Assembly: GCA_963737635.1 (NCBI GenBank)
Contig: CAVTTL010000001.1
Span: forward strand, 224,001-288,000
DNA: 64,000 nt
Origin: an uncultured Methanoregulaceae archaeon
GTDB taxonomy: Archaea > Halobacteriota > Methanomicrobia > Methanomicrobiales > Methanospirillaceae
Direction: 5' to 3'
Numbering within the stretch: position 1 is the first letter of the stretch; each line of letters begins with the position of its first letter. Of the stretch, positions 27,386 to 39,636 are shown piece by piece. The notes below the pieces were generated by a model, which was not told the origin of the DNA, ran no database searches, and saw only the letters and a list, made by a program, of their open reading frames with translations. The translations under genes were made by a program, and so were the position numbers.

Positions 27386-28702
27386 TCATTTCTGCTTTTT
27401 CCTGAAGTGCAAAATTACATAGACGATACCGATGATCAGGCCGACGAGGACGGTGATATCGACGGGATTGGACACGATTCCCTGGATTCCGGCCAGGTTT
27501 TTGACATCGATAGAAACTTTCATCGGGTCGGAGACGTAGGTATCGTCGAGTGCGTCATTGTACCGGATCTCCGTATCCAGGCCGTATTCCTTAATTGTCG
27601 CGTCGCTGGCGACACTCATCTGGTAGGAAGCCACTGCGGACTGACCCGGGGCGAGATCACCGAGATAAGCGATATCGGACGAACTGGTAAAGGGATCGAC
27701 CACGCTGATACGAGCTTCCGCGCTGTGGACGGTAGAATCCCCGGTATTCAGGTATTCGACCTGGATCGTCCGTTTACTGCCCGGGCTCATCTCCACCGGG
27801 GAGGACAGGACCGAGAATGCGACTTTGCTCCCGACGTCAACACCGACCGTCTGGGTCTGGGAGGTAACAAAATCGCCTTCATTGTCCTGGTAGACCACGA
27901 CAACGTCGACCGGATAAGTCTTGTTGATGGCATCCGATGCCACGGCGACCTTGTACTGGCAGGCCACGGTACTGCCGGCCGGGAAGTCGCCGATATAGAC
28001 GCTGGTGTCCACCGGGCTGACCGGGCTTGCGGTATCCTGGAGAATCTGGACGGTCGCCTTGGACCCGTCCAGCGACCCGATATTCCTGATGGTCAGGTTG
28101 ACGTAACCCTGGGCACCGGCGACCAGCGAATCGGACGTTGCCGTGACTACTGCCGGGATTACTTCAGACTTGATCGACACCGGGACGGTGACCGTTACGG
28201 TATACGGCTCGTAATAATACCGGACCGTGTCGAGACCGTACTGATCGATATTCGTATACTGGGTATAACTGATATTGAGCGGAATCTGGTAGGTGCCGCC
28301 TTGTGCATCGGCGTTGACCTTCGCGGAAAACGTCACCGTCGCCTGGTCCTCGCTCGCAATATCACCGACCATCTGGGGATCGCTTTTGATCACCACCGGC
28401 GCATCTCCGGACCCCATCGCGACCGTGACGAACTTCGCCGTCGTGGGGATATCGGTACGGTTCACGATGTTGGACGATACCTCATAGTTCGTGCTGATAC
28501 CGGTGTTCTGGATCACGACCGGGATCGCAATCTCGCTCCCGGCCGTATACTGGTTCGTACCCGTTATATACGCCGTCAGGTTCGGGCTCCCGTCAAGGTA
28601 TTTGGTCCCGGCAAACGCCGGGGTCACAAGACACGCAATAAAAACGAGGAGGATCAAGACCGTCCTGCCATTTTTTGCATTATGTACCATAGGAATCACC
28701 AT
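27386..28702 (-). CDS. COG1361 S-layer-domain protein
   Basis: Signal peptide, GTN..PG, YIGDF, YLGDL, C-terminal TM. Confidence 0.85.
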   Translation of the reverse strand: MVIPMVHNAKNGRTVLILLVFIACLVTPAFAGTKYLDGSPNLTAYITGTNQYTAGSEIAIPVVIQNTGISTNYEVSSNIVNRTDIPTTAKFVTVAMGSGDAPVVIKSDPQMVGDIASEDQATVTFSAKVNADAQGGTYQIPLNISYTQYTNIDQYGLDTVRYYYEPYTVTVTVPVSIKSEVIPAVVTATSDSLVAGAQGYVNLTIRNIGSLDGSKATVQILQDTASPVSPVDTSVYIGDFPAGSTVACQYKVAVASDAINKTYPVDVVVVYQDNEGDFVTSQTQTVGVDVGSKVAFSVLSSPVEMSPGSKRTIQVEYLNTGDSTVHSAEARISVVDPFTSSSDIAYLGDLAPGQSAVASYQMSVASDATIKEYGLDTEIRYNDALDDTYVSDPMKVSIDVKNLAGIQGIVSNPVDITVLVGLIIGIVYVILHFRKKQK

Positions 28703-28711
28703 GTTCTCTCC

Positions 28712-30008
28712 TCATTTTTTCTTTCTCATCACAAACGTGTAGTACCCTGCCCCGATCACGACAAGTACGATGAGCGTAAGGGCTATCGGAGCCTGCCCGA
28801 ATCCACCGGCTGCCGTGGGATCAGCGACAGCGACATCTGCGGTGAAGGTATCGGAAACCTGGCTGTTATCGAGGTCGTCACGGTACCTGACCTCGGTATT
28901 GAGGGGATAGGTCCCCGGAGCAGCCCCGCTCGCGGCGGAGAGAGCGTAATGGGCGGTCACTTTCCCACCGGGCGGGATATCCCCGAGGTAGGCGAGCGTA
29001 TCCGAGCTTGAGAGCGGCCCATAGGTCGAAAGCCGGGCTTCGGCATTATTAGCCACGATCGCGCCCGTATTCTGGTATACTACATCAATCACGCTGTCAG
29101 ATCCCTGCGTGATCACTGCCGGAGGTGATGTAACGATGAAGGAAAGTTTACCCGCCACCGGGATGCCGACTGTGTCAATCGCCGAAGTCACCGTATTCCC
29201 GTCGGCGTTCGTGTAGGTCACTTCAACATCGATCGGGTAGGTCTGCTGCTGCGCGGCGCTGGATACGGCGACCTTGTACTGGCAGGTAACAATGCCGTCC
29301 CGGGGGAAATCCCCGACATAGACGCTGTCGTCAGTTGGGATGATAGCGCTGTTCCCCTGCTGCAGGATTTTGACCGTTGCCTGGGTCCCGTCCTCGTATC
29401 CGACATTCTTGATAGTCAGGTTGATGTACCCTTCCGTCCCGACCGCAAGGCCGGATGCATTGGCATCGAGCACGTCAGTCTGGACGACCGGTTTAATCAT
29501 AACCGTGAGCGGGATCGTCAGGGTCACGGGAGCGTACACGGCCTGGACTTGGTCGCTCGTAGGCTGGTTGGCGAGACTGTTGGAGAGATAGGTATACTGG
29601 ACTGTTAGGGGAAGAGTGTATTCACCGAGCGTCGCATCTGACGTGATCTTAGCCGAGAACCTCGCGGTGGTGATCCCGGGGCTTTGGATATCGCCCAGGT
29701 TCTGGGCATCCGTCGTGATGTTGATAGGAGCTCCGCCCGAGGTGAGTGCTACCGTGACCAGTTTCGCAGTGGTGGGCAGGTCGGCCTGCGGCAGGGTTCC
29801 CTGGTTGGTGTAGGTTACCGCGGTTGTCCCGCTGTTCTGGATGTCGACGGTGATCGTCGCGGTCTGTCCCGGGTAGAACTCATTGGTGCCGGCAAGGTAG
29901 GCCGTTATCTGGGGCGAGCCCCCGACGTATTTTTCCTGGCCCAGCGCGGGCATGATGCAGAACAGGACCTGCTAAGATCAAGAGAGCAAATGGGGTGTAG
30001 GATTTCAT
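28712..30008 (-). CDS. COG1361 S-layer-domain protein (indel in signal peptide near 29970)
   Basis: Paralog of its neighbours; MKSYTPFALLILA starts at 30008 in the adjacent frame. Confidence 0.82.
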
Positions 30009-30020
30009 GGAATGTGCCTC

Positions 30021-31448
30021 TCACCGTGGTTTGAAGCGTTTAACGTAGATCACGTAACCGGCGATGGCGAGCACTATGAGGATGATAGCGATAAGGCCCG
30101 GGAGTCCGATCAGGGAGACGACGGTTTTAGTCGGTACCACTTCGACGTTAACCTTGAGGGGGTCAGAGGTGAACTGGTTATCGAGTGCATCGCGGTAGAG
30201 AACCTCGGAATCCAGGCCGTATTCTTTCACGGTTGCATCCGGGTCGACAGAGACGGCAAAGGAAGCGGTGCGGATATCGCCCGGCGCCATCGTGCCCAGG
30301 AAGGCGGTATCGTCGTTGCTGGTAAAGGGGTCGACCGCGCTGATCCGGGCTTCGGCGTTATAGGCAGTAATGCCGCCAGTATTCTGGAACTGGACGGTAA
30401 TGACGGCGTTAGCGCCGGGAGTAACGTTCGCGGCGATGGGGGTAACTGCAAAGTCGACTTTCTGGCCGACCGGGACCCCGATGGTCTCGATAGGCGAATC
30501 CACGTAGTCCCCTTCGTAATTCTTGTAGTAGACCAGTACGTCGAGGGGGTAGGTCTTCTGCTGGGCGTCGCTAGCTACCTGGGCCCGGAACGTGCAGTTG
30601 GCCACCGCCCCGACCGGGAAATCGCCGACATAGAAACTACCGTCGGTGGGGGTGACCGGGCTCTGGCCGTTCTGCTGGATCCGGATCACGGCGTTCTGGC
30701 CGTCGTCAGACCCGACATTCTTGACGGTTACAAAGATATAGCCCTCGATCCCGGCATTCAGGCCTTCGGTCTGCACGCTGGGAACCGCGATCTGGACTTC
30801 CGGTTTAATCGTGATCGGGATGTCGATGGTCTCGTTGACGTTCTTGTACTGGTAGTTCAGGGTCTCGGTGCCTTCCTGGTTGGCCTGGTACAGGTACGTG
30901 TAATTCAGGACGACCGGGATCTGGTAGGTCCCTGCCGAGGCATACTGGTTGACCGTGATATGGAAGGTGGCGGTGGCGCTCGAACTTGCCGGGAGGTCCC
31001 CGACTATCTGGGGTGAGGCTTTGACCACCAGCGGGGCGTCCCCGGCGTCCAGCGTCGCGGTCAGCTGTTTTGCCGTGTTGGAGAGATCGCTCGGGCTGAT
31101 GATGCCGGACTCGACGATCATGAACTGGTTGAGCCCGGTGTTCCCGATGACGACCTGGAGGTTCACATCGTCTCCCGGCGAAAACTCGTTGGTGCCGGCG
31201 ATGTGCGCGTCCAACTGGGGGCTCCCGGCCATGATCTGCGTCCCGGCCATCACCGGCGATACGGCAAGCAAGAGGATTGCCACTGCGGCAAGGAACACAT
31301 ACAGGTATCTCCTTGTGTTGGCTTGGACCCCCTGCCCATCACTGCTCACCCCGGACGTTGTATTCTTTATCTTTCCTTTGATTGATTCGCTCATAGTATT
31401 CCTCGATTTTCTTTGTTCATGCCTTTCCTCGTTTCTGATTAAGATCAT
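30021..31448 (-). CDS. COG1361 S-layer-domain protein
   Basis: Same motifs as the two paralogs; true start may be 31394. Confidence 0.85.
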   Translation of the reverse strand: MILIRNEERHEQRKSRNTMSESIKGKIKNTTSGVSSDGQGVQANTRRYLYVFLAAVAILLLAVSPVMAGTQIMAGSPQLDAHIAGTNEFSPGDDVNLQVVIGNTGLNQFMIVESGIISPSDLSNTAKQLTATLDAGDAPLVVKASPQIVGDLPASSSATATFHITVNQYASAGTYQIPVVLNYTYLYQANQEGTETLNYQYKNVNETIDIPITIKPEVQIAVPSVQTEGLNAGIEGYIFVTVKNVGSDDGQNAVIRIQQNGQSPVTPTDGSFYVGDFPVGAVANCTFRAQVASDAQQKTYPLDVLVYYKNYEGDYVDSPIETIGVPVGQKVDFAVTPIAANVTPGANAVITVQFQNTGGITAYNAEARISAVDPFTSNDDTAFLGTMAPGDIRTASFAVSVDPDATVKEYGLDSEVLYRDALDNQFTSDPLKVNVEVVPTKTVVSLIGLPGLIAIILIVLAIAGYVIYVKRFKPR

Positions 31449-31454
31449 AGAACA

Positions 31455-32564
31455 TCACTCCAGCGTGCGCCGGTAGGTGACAACGCCAAGGATGATCATT
31501 GCCGTTGAAAAGATCAAAAGCGCAATAAGATCAATCCCGATCACATTGAGCCCCTGGTTCCTCAGGATGATGCTCCGCAGAGCATGAACCCCGTAGTATT
31601 CAGGATTAATGACCGTAATCCAGCGCAACCAGCCTGGCATCCCGATGACCGGGTAAAAGGCTCCCGAGGTCATGAACAGGATCAGGTTGAGGAATGCAAT
31701 GACCGCCTGATACTCCTGCTGGACCGAGAACCGGGATGCAAAGGAGACGACCAGGCTCGTTACTCCTACAGAGGCGATCAGGATTACCAGCAAAACCATT
31801 AAAAAGTCCTGAAAACTCTGGAGGATGATGCCGGTGATCAACAGATCGATCCAGAAAAGGGTAAATCCCGCGATGAACGCCCGGACGGCACCACTTGAAA
31901 TGATCCCAGAGATGATGCTGGACCGTTTTACCGGTGTGACAAGATAACCTTCGTGGACACCGTTCTCCCGATCCTTGATGAGCGCGAGCCCGCCACCAAA
32001 CGAGGTCGATGTAAAAATCGCCATCATGATCACGCCCACGCCAAAGAACTGGATATACTGGATATCCCCGTAGATCTTATCGATAATGATCGGATTGTTT
32101 GCCCCAAGGCTCTGCAGGACCTGGGTTACTGCTTCCTGGACCAGCGGGGGTGTTACGGAATCAGAACTGTCGACGTAAACTCGTACCGCGTTATCGTTTG
32201 AAACGGATGATGGAAATACAATAACTGCAGATAATTTCCCGTTATCCAAGTCTTGTTTGGCCTGGGCTTCATCCGTGTAAATGGTCACGTCAAGCTGTTT
32301 TTCTGCATCATTCTGGCTGCCTTGGCTGATATGGTTAAGCTGGTATGCGGCGCTTGTAAAGAGTGGCGTATCGTTGTAAGGTGGGGCTTCCTGGACGACA
32401 CCGACCTGGATGTGACTGAGGGTTCCCCCAAGCGCGTTCCCGAAGACGATCAGGTACATGACTGGTATGAGAAGGGTCATCACGATGATAACCGGGTTGC
32501 TCAGGAACTTCTTGATGTCCCGTTTGAAGATGGCAATGGCGCTCTTCAATGCCACAGGCATCAT
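31455..32564 (-). CDS. ABC-2 type exporter permease
   Basis: Multiple TMs, DRENG..EGYLVTP, SGAFYP, NP..Y. Confidence 0.9.
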   Translation of the reverse strand: MMPVALKSAIAIFKRDIKKFLSNPVIIVMTLLIPVMYLIVFGNALGGTLSHIQVGVVQEAPPYNDTPLFTSAAYQLNHISQGSQNDAEKQLDVTIYTDEAQAKQDLDNGKLSAVIVFPSSVSNDNAVRVYVDSSDSVTPPLVQEAVTQVLQSLGANNPIIIDKIYGDIQYIQFFGVGVIMMAIFTSTSFGGGLALIKDRENGVHEGYLVTPVKRSSIISGIISSGAVRAFIAGFTLFWIDLLITGIILQSFQDFLMVLLVILIASVGVTSLVVSFASRFSVQQEYQAVIAFLNLILFMTSGAFYPVIGMPGWLRWITVINPEYYGVHALRSIILRNQGLNVIGIDLIALLIFSTAMIILGVVTYRRTLE

Positions 32565-33610
32565 GGGGACTGCCTCCTGCCTGTTACAAGTGTGTGGTTC
32601 CCGTCTCCATTGCCGCTATCAATCCCCTTGCCGGTCAGGTAGATGAATATGTCCTCAAGCGAAGGGGACCGTATAGAGATGGAGATAATGGGAATCTGGA
32701 ATTTATCGAAGACAGTAAGGATGGAAGGGATCACCCGGCTGCCATTTGTCGCCGATATAGTCACCATATGTTCTACTACAGACACCGCGTTGACAAGGTC
32801 GATCTTCCGGATTGCTTCTTCTGCGAGCGGGTCCATATGAGCTATACCGATCTCGATGAGGTCACCGGCCGGTATCAGTTGCCGAAGCTTTTCCATGCTG
32901 TCAAGAGCGAGCAGTCTTCCCTGATCCACAAAAGCGATCCGGCCGCAGAGTTTTTCTGCCTCATCCATGTAGTGGGTGGTGAGAATGATCGTCGTATTGT
33001 CCCGGTTAAGCATCTGGATCTGATGCCAGACCTCCCTACGGGCATCAGGGTCGAGACCGATGGTAGGTTCGTCCAGGAAAAGGATAAGAGGACGATGGAT
33101 GAATGCCCGGACGATCTCGAGCTTGCGCTTCATACCCCCGGAGAACGTGCTCACCGGCATATAGGCGCGGTCGGCAAGGCCTGCCATTGTTAAGAGTTCC
33201 ATGATCCGGTCCGGGAGGATATTGTCGGGAACGTTCTGGAGTTTTCCGTAGAACTCGAGGTTATCGTACGCAGTAAGCTCAACGTCGCTTGTGTAATTCT
33301 GGGGACAAACACCGATGATAGACCGGATCATCTCCGGGTCCTTTGTGATGTCGTAATTGTTGACGAATGCCTGGCCCGATGTAGGGGCAAGCAGGGTCGT
33401 GAGGATCCTGATAAGGGTACTTTTCCCTGCACCATTTGATCCGAGAAGCCCGAAGATCTCGCCTTTCATGACCTCAAAAGAGATGTCATTGTTGGCGATC
33501 ACCGTCTTTGTCTTGCTAGCAAAAACCTTGGATAGATGATCGATACGGATGATTGCCGAACCATCCGCCACTCTCTCGTTGATTGTCTGATCCATCGTTG
33601 CGTCAATCAT
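32561..33610 (-). CDS. ABC exporter ATPase (DrrA-like)
   Basis: GSNGAGKST, FSGGM, LDEPT, TTHYM. Confidence 0.93.
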   Translation of the reverse strand: MIDATMDQTINERVADGSAIIRIDHLSKVFASKTKTVIANNDISFEVMKGEIFGLLGSNGAGKSTLIRILTTLLAPTSGQAFVNNYDITKDPEMIRSIIGVCPQNYTSDVELTAYDNLEFYGKLQNVPDNILPDRIMELLTMAGLADRAYMPVSTFSGGMKRKLEIVRAFIHRPLILFLDEPTIGLDPDARREVWHQIQMLNRDNTTIILTTHYMDEAEKLCGRIAFVDQGRLLALDSMEKLRQLIPAGDLIEIGIAHMDPLAEEAIRKIDLVNAVSVVEHMVTISATNGSRVIPSILTVFDKFQIPIISISIRSPSLEDIFIYLTGKGIDSGNGDGNHTLVTGRRQSP

Positions 33611-33834
33611 GAAGATCCTACAAACGCTGAAGACCTGTCACCGGTTTGGCATCTGTTTGGGCATTTTTTGGAATATTAACGAGGCAGGATATCACTTTTT
33701 CATGAGTCCACTTTATGTACATATATTAAAACTCTCCATAATTTCATAATAAATGAATGATTGTTCAGTATAAAAAAGTATTTGGTTAGTGAAAATGATA
33801 TAAGGTAGAAACATTATGAATGGTATAAGAGTCT

Positions 33835-34458
33835 ATGACAAGAGTTTTCCAGAAATACAAAGATGAATACAAGGACGAGGCAAGAAAGAGGATACTGGAC
33901 GCAGCACTAGAAGTGGTGAAGAAAAAAGGGTACCAGTCTATCACCCTTGATGACATAGCTGATGAAGTCGGTGTCACCAAAGGCACGCTCTACCTCTATT
34001 TTAAAAATAAAGGAGATCTCTTCAAAAATGTTTTTACTGAGATGGCAAAATCGTTTAAGGAAACGATGGAATACCAGCTCATAGAAAGTAATGATCTCGA
34101 CACATCGCTCAGTTGTATGATAGATGAAATCATTGCTGTAAACAAAGAATTTGGCATTGAAAACAACCTCGCCATGATCAGTGAGTGGTTCGCCGTTGCC
34201 ATTCGCGATCCGTCAGCACAACAAATGTTTAAAGAAATGATAACATGCGGTAGGAAATCTTTTGGAGAGCGCGTGCGGATTCTCCAGGAAAAAAAGATGG
34301 TACCGGGAACTGTTGACGTGGAGGCGGCAACACTAGGAATTATGGCCCTCATAGTCTCGGTCAAGATCATGATGTTCCTTGGCGAAGATGAGATCGAGAT
34401 CAAAAAATGGTGGATCAGCTCGGCGAAGAAATTGCTCGATGTGCCAAGTACGGAATGA
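33835..34458 (+). CDS. TetR-family regulator
   Basis: ILDAA...TLDDIADEVGVTKGTLYLYFKNK; divergent from the ABC operon. Confidence 0.93.
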   Translation: MTRVFQKYKDEYKDEARKRILDAALEVVKKKGYQSITLDDIADEVGVTKGTLYLYFKNKGDLFKNVFTEMAKSFKETMEYQLIESNDLDTSLSCMIDEIIAVNKEFGIENNLAMISEWFAVAIRDPSAQQMFKEMITCGRKSFGERVRILQEKKMVPGTVDVEAATLGIMALIVSVKIMMFLGEDEIEIKKWWISSAKKLLDVPSTE

Positions 34459-34594
34459 CCGGACTAATACGTGGGGGTGCGGATAGATTCTTGGGACTCG
34501 GGATAATTCCCGCAAATCATTACGTCGTAAAAATTGGTATTTTTCACCAATTTTTTCCGCAAAGTCCTATTAACCTATCAGAACCGACCGGATC

Positions 34595-36025
34595 TCAGTT
34601 CCTGACCGGATGACTGTTTTTGTCGCCGCGTCCAATCCCTTTGTAAATGAACCCGGTCTCTATGCAGGCATCCGGATCGATGATATTCCTGCCGTCCACG
34701 ATGACCGGGTGTTTTTTCCCGGTAAGCGCCTTGACCTGCTTGGGATCGAGTGTGCGGTACTGGTTGTGCCCGGCAAAGATAACCACTGCATCAGCTCCTT
34801 GCAGGGTATCCTCAAGCGAGAGTGTAAGGGTCAGGCCCGGGGCATGTTCTACATAGGGATCGTGAACCGCAACCGTGGCCCCGGCGGCGATGAGGGCGTC
34901 GCGGTACGGTTCCGAAGGCGTGTTCCTCGTATCGTCGGAATTGGCAAGGAACGCCCAGCCAAGGAGTGCGATCTTTGCCCCTTTTATCGAGACACACGCC
35001 CGGGCGAGACCATCCGCAGTGAGTCGGACCATGTGCCGGGGCATGAAGTCGTTGATGGTACGGGCAAGCACAAACAGCGAAGGTTCGTTTTTGGGATAGT
35101 CAAGCAACCCCTTTCCCAGCTGCTGCACGCCGCGTTCGAGGTGGTAGGTGTCTTTGGTGAGACAGTGGCCGCCCACCCCGGCACCGGGCCAGAGCATCGC
35201 ACGGGTGATCCCGTCTCCCTTGAGGCTGTCGACTCCCGCCCGCACGTCGTAGAAGTTGATCCCCATCACCTCGCAGTAGAGTGCCAGTTCGTTTGCCGCC
35301 GCAATCTGGAGGTCGCGAAAGGTGTTCTCTGCGGTTTTGGTGACCTCGGCCGCCGTAGCGGTCATCGGGATCACCTTCCCGATCGTTAAGACCGGGGAGT
35401 ATAATTCGGCTGCACGGCTCGTGCTTACCGGATCGATCCCGCCCACGATCCGGTCATGTTCCCGGATGTTCCGGATCAGCCGGCCCACCATCACCCGTTC
35501 AGGAGCATGGGCAAGCGCAAAGTCTGTCCCCGCGACAAGGCCGGACTCCTCTTCAAGCATGGAGCGGGCCGGGCCGGCAGTCGTACCCGGTGTGATCGTG
35601 GATTCAAGGACGACAAGCATCCCGGACCGGAGATTGCGGCCTACATGCCGGATGCCCTCGTTCAGCGCCGAGAAATCAGGGATCAGATCTTCCTTGTTCT
35701 TAAACGGTGTCTGGATGGAGAGCGTCACGGCATCAAGACCGGCAATCTTCGAAAAGTCGGTCGTGCATGCGAACTTTTTTGTTTTAACGATTTTCCTGAG
35801 CAGGTCTTCAAGCCCCGGTTCCTCACCTTTGAGCGGGCTCTCGCCCCGGTTGAGCATCGCGATCTTGTATCCCGATGACGGCGAGTCCCGCTGGAAGCCG
35901 TACACGTGCTCAAAACACGGGGCATCGGCAAACAGTGCGGCGGCCGGGATACCCACATATCCCATGCCGATAACCCCGATCGTTTTGATCGGCCCCCGCT
36001 TCCTGATCAATGCTTCGAGTGTCAT
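34595..36025 (-). CDS. Nucleotide-sugar dehydrogenase (WbpA/WecC-like)
   Basis: GMGYVG, EST, PER, GVGGHC..KD. Confidence 0.9.
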   Translation of the reverse strand: MTLEALIRKRGPIKTIGVIGMGYVGIPAAALFADAPCFEHVYGFQRDSPSSGYKIAMLNRGESPLKGEEPGLEDLLRKIVKTKKFACTTDFSKIAGLDAVTLSIQTPFKNKEDLIPDFSALNEGIRHVGRNLRSGMLVVLESTITPGTTAGPARSMLEEESGLVAGTDFALAHAPERVMVGRLIRNIREHDRIVGGIDPVSTSRAAELYSPVLTIGKVIPMTATAAEVTKTAENTFRDLQIAAANELALYCEVMGINFYDVRAGVDSLKGDGITRAMLWPGAGVGGHCLTKDTYHLERGVQQLGKGLLDYPKNEPSLFVLARTINDFMPRHMVRLTADGLARACVSIKGAKIALLGWAFLANSDDTRNTPSEPYRDALIAAGATVAVHDPYVEHAPGLTLTLSLEDTLQGADAVVIFAGHNQYRTLDPKQVKALTGKKHPVIVDGRNIIDPDACIETGFIYKGIGRGDKNSHPVRN

Positions 36026-36936
36026 GACGGCAGGAAACCGGCCTGGATCTGCTCGCCGACTTCAAGGTTGCGGATCGCCTGCTCGGGGGTCACCGGGAAG
36101 GGTATATGCTTCTTTGCGCATTCGATAAAGGTTGACAGCTCCACTTTCAGGGGTTCGACTTTGTTGACCATCACCTTCTCGATGATGTTCTCCTGGACGT
36201 ACCGTTCGTTCTCGAACTGGTACTGGCCGGGCTTACGGTAGATCGTGACCTCCTGGCTCATGAAGTCACCTTCGACCGTGAAATCCTCTTCCTCGATATA
36301 GATCATCCGGATCTTCTTTGACGCTTTGCGGCTTGCAGAGAGCGCTACGGGTACGCCCCCGCACTCCATGAGCACGCTGCACAGGTCGGCATTGCCTACC
36401 GAATGGATATGGCACGGATTGGGGAAAAACGCGTTCAGGATAATATCGATATCGTGGATCATCAGATCTTCGACAACGGAGTCTCCCGTTACCCGGGCAG
36501 ACGCCGGGTTGTGCCGTTTCATTTCGATGAAAAGGGGTTTTGTCACGATCTTCTTTATCTCGGCAACGATCGGGTTGAAGCGCTCGATGTGGCCAACCCC
36601 GATCGTGACATCCCGGGGAGCACCGGCCATGAGCGTCCTGGCATCTGCGGCAGTTGCACAGATCGGTTTTTCGATGAACGTGTGTTTTTTAGCGGAAAAG
36701 ACCTGTCTGGCTACTGCTGCATGATATTGCGTCGGTACACAGACACTGACCGCATCCACGTGGGAAAGCAGATCTTCGACGGTCTTGTACACGGTCGCAC
36801 CGTGCTGCGTTCCTATGGCTGTGGCAGCCTGTGCATTCACGTCGCAGACCCCAAGATGTCCGACGCTTTTGAGTTCTGAGTAGATACGGACGTGGTTTTT
36901 TCCCATCGATCCGACACCGATAACACCGACATCCAT
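36022..36936 (-). CDS. Gfo/Idh/MocA oxidoreductase (WbpB-like)
   Basis: GVGSMG, EKP, GHIERFNP, DLMIHD. Confidence 0.88.
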   Translation of the reverse strand: MDVGVIGVGSMGKNHVRIYSELKSVGHLGVCDVNAQAATAIGTQHGATVYKTVEDLLSHVDAVSVCVPTQYHAAVARQVFSAKKHTFIEKPICATAADARTLMAGAPRDVTIGVGHIERFNPIVAEIKKIVTKPLFIEMKRHNPASARVTGDSVVEDLMIHDIDIILNAFFPNPCHIHSVGNADLCSVLMECGGVPVALSASRKASKKIRMIYIEEEDFTVEGDFMSQEVTIYRKPGQYQFENERYVQENIIEKVMVNKVEPLKVELSTFIECAKKHIPFPVTPEQAIRNLEVGEQIQAGFLPS

Positions 36937-36937
36937 G

Positions 36938-38029
36938 TTATTTCACCTTATTTACCATCTCGCAGACATACGCGAGGTCTTTTGTGTCAAGCGACGGGTG
37001 TACCGGGAGGGAGAGCACCGATGCAGCAAGCCGGGTCGCCACCGGGCAGGGATCCGGTTCTGCCACCGGTGCATACAGGGGCTGGCGGTGGATCGGTATC
37101 GGGTAGTGCACGGCTGATCCTATCCCTTTTCCTTTGAGATAGTCTATAAACGCGGTCCGGGAGAGGGGGAACTCCTCGGTAAGCCGGATGACGTACTGAT
37201 GGTATACATGCTGCACGTTATCGGAACTTTTGGGCCTGACCAGTCCTTTTGCCGAAAGGTTTGCCGTATAGTATTCCGCGTTTTTTCTCCGGCGCAGGTT
37301 GAACTTGTCCAGTTTTTTGAGTTGCACGATCCCGATTGCCGCGGCAATATCGGTCATACGGTAATTGTAGCCAAGCACCGTGTGGAGATATTTCTCGCTC
37401 TGGCCATGGTTGATGAGAAGCCTGAGCCGGTCGGCGATCGGCTTGTCGCTTGTCGTGATCATCCCACCCTCGCCCGTCATCATGTTCTTTGTGGCATAGA
37501 ACGAGAAACACCCGGCCCTGCCGAAATTGCCTACCTTGGTGCCGTGGTACAGGGCACCGTGGGCCTGTGCTGCGTCCTCGATGAGCGAAAGGCTGTGTGC
37601 CTCGCAGATCTCTTGGATGGGGCCGACATCGAACGGCTGGCCGAAGAGATGGACGCCGATGACTGCCTTCGTCTTTGGCGTAATGCGTTCATTAACCTGA
37701 TCGGCACGGATAGCGAAGGTCTGCTCGTCCACATCGGCAAAGACCGGTTTTGCACCGCACATCGAGACTGCGGTTGCGGTCGCGATGAATGAGAATGCCG
37801 GTACGATCACCTCATCGCCGGGGCCGATACCGGACGCCAGAAGGGCCGTATGAAGAGCGGCAGTCCCGTTATTGACCGCTACTGCCTGAGCAGTGCCACA
37901 GTACGAGGCGAACTTCTGCTCGAATTCCGCAACTCGTTCCCCTTGTGCCAGCATACCGGACTTCAAAACGTCCGTTACTGCCGACACTTCTTCCGGGCCG
38001 ATCACTGGTCGCGCTATGGGTATCTGCAT
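36938..38029 (-). CDS. DegT/DnrJ aminotransferase (WbpE-like)
   Basis: EDAAQAHG, SFYATKN, GEGG, GYNYRM. Confidence 0.92.
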   Translation of the reverse strand: MQIPIARPVIGPEEVSAVTDVLKSGMLAQGERVAEFEQKFASYCGTAQAVAVNNGTAALHTALLASGIGPGDEVIVPAFSFIATATAVSMCGAKPVFADVDEQTFAIRADQVNERITPKTKAVIGVHLFGQPFDVGPIQEICEAHSLSLIEDAAQAHGALYHGTKVGNFGRAGCFSFYATKNMMTGEGGMITTSDKPIADRLRLLINHGQSEKYLHTVLGYNYRMTDIAAAIGIVQLKKLDKFNLRRRKNAEYYTANLSAKGLVRPKSSDNVQHVYHQYVIRLTEEFPLSRTAFIDYLKGKGIGSAVHYPIPIHRQPLYAPVAEPDPCPVATRLAASVLSLPVHPSLDTKDLAYVCEMVNKVK

Positions 38030-38090
38030 GCCTCGTGTTCCTGGAAAAAAATTAACGCCTTCCATAGGTACATGGGCACAATCCCGATAA

Positions 38091-39102
<1,012 letters not shown>

Positions 39103-39106
<4 letters not shown>

Positions 39107-39597
39107 AGCATATCGCCCCTGCCGGAAACGATGATGGTCAAGCAGAAGATCTCCTGATACGGCGGATCAAAAACGGTACCGTGATCGATCACATAGACGG
39201 CGGAGAAGCGCTCAACGTGGTAAAGATCCTCGGGATCGTGGGGACAACGACAGAAGCGCTCTCGATCGCGACCAATGTCCCCAGTGGCGAGATGGGGATG
39301 AAGGATATCGTCAAGATCTCCAACCGCGAGCTCTCCAAAGAGGAGGTCGACCGGATCGCGCTCATCTCACCCCGGGCGACCATCAACATTGTCAGGAACT
39401 TCAAGGTCTGCGAAAAGAAGGGTGTCGAGATCCCGACGCTGATCGTAGGCAGCGTCCGGTGCCCCAATCCCGGCTGCATCACCCGGACAAACGAACCGAT
39501 CAAGAGCAGGTTTGAAGTGCTCCCGGACGGAAAGGGCCTGCGCTGCATCTACTGTGATTCTGTCATCACCAAGGATCTGACCAGTTATATCATATAA
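39103..39597 (+). CDS. pyrI: Aspartate carbamoyltransferase regulatory subunit
   Basis: IKNGTVIDHI, CPNPGCIT, CIYC. Confidence 0.95.
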
Positions 39598-39636
39598 CCG
39601 GGGATGTTCGCCCGGACGTCCTGATCCTGCCTTTAG

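Noticed and set aside
27371-31016. Long antisense ORFs (546 aa, 334 aa) opposite COG1361 genes, and similar shadow ORFs elsewhere
   Set aside because: Expected by-product of GC-rich codon usage; no recognisable motifs.
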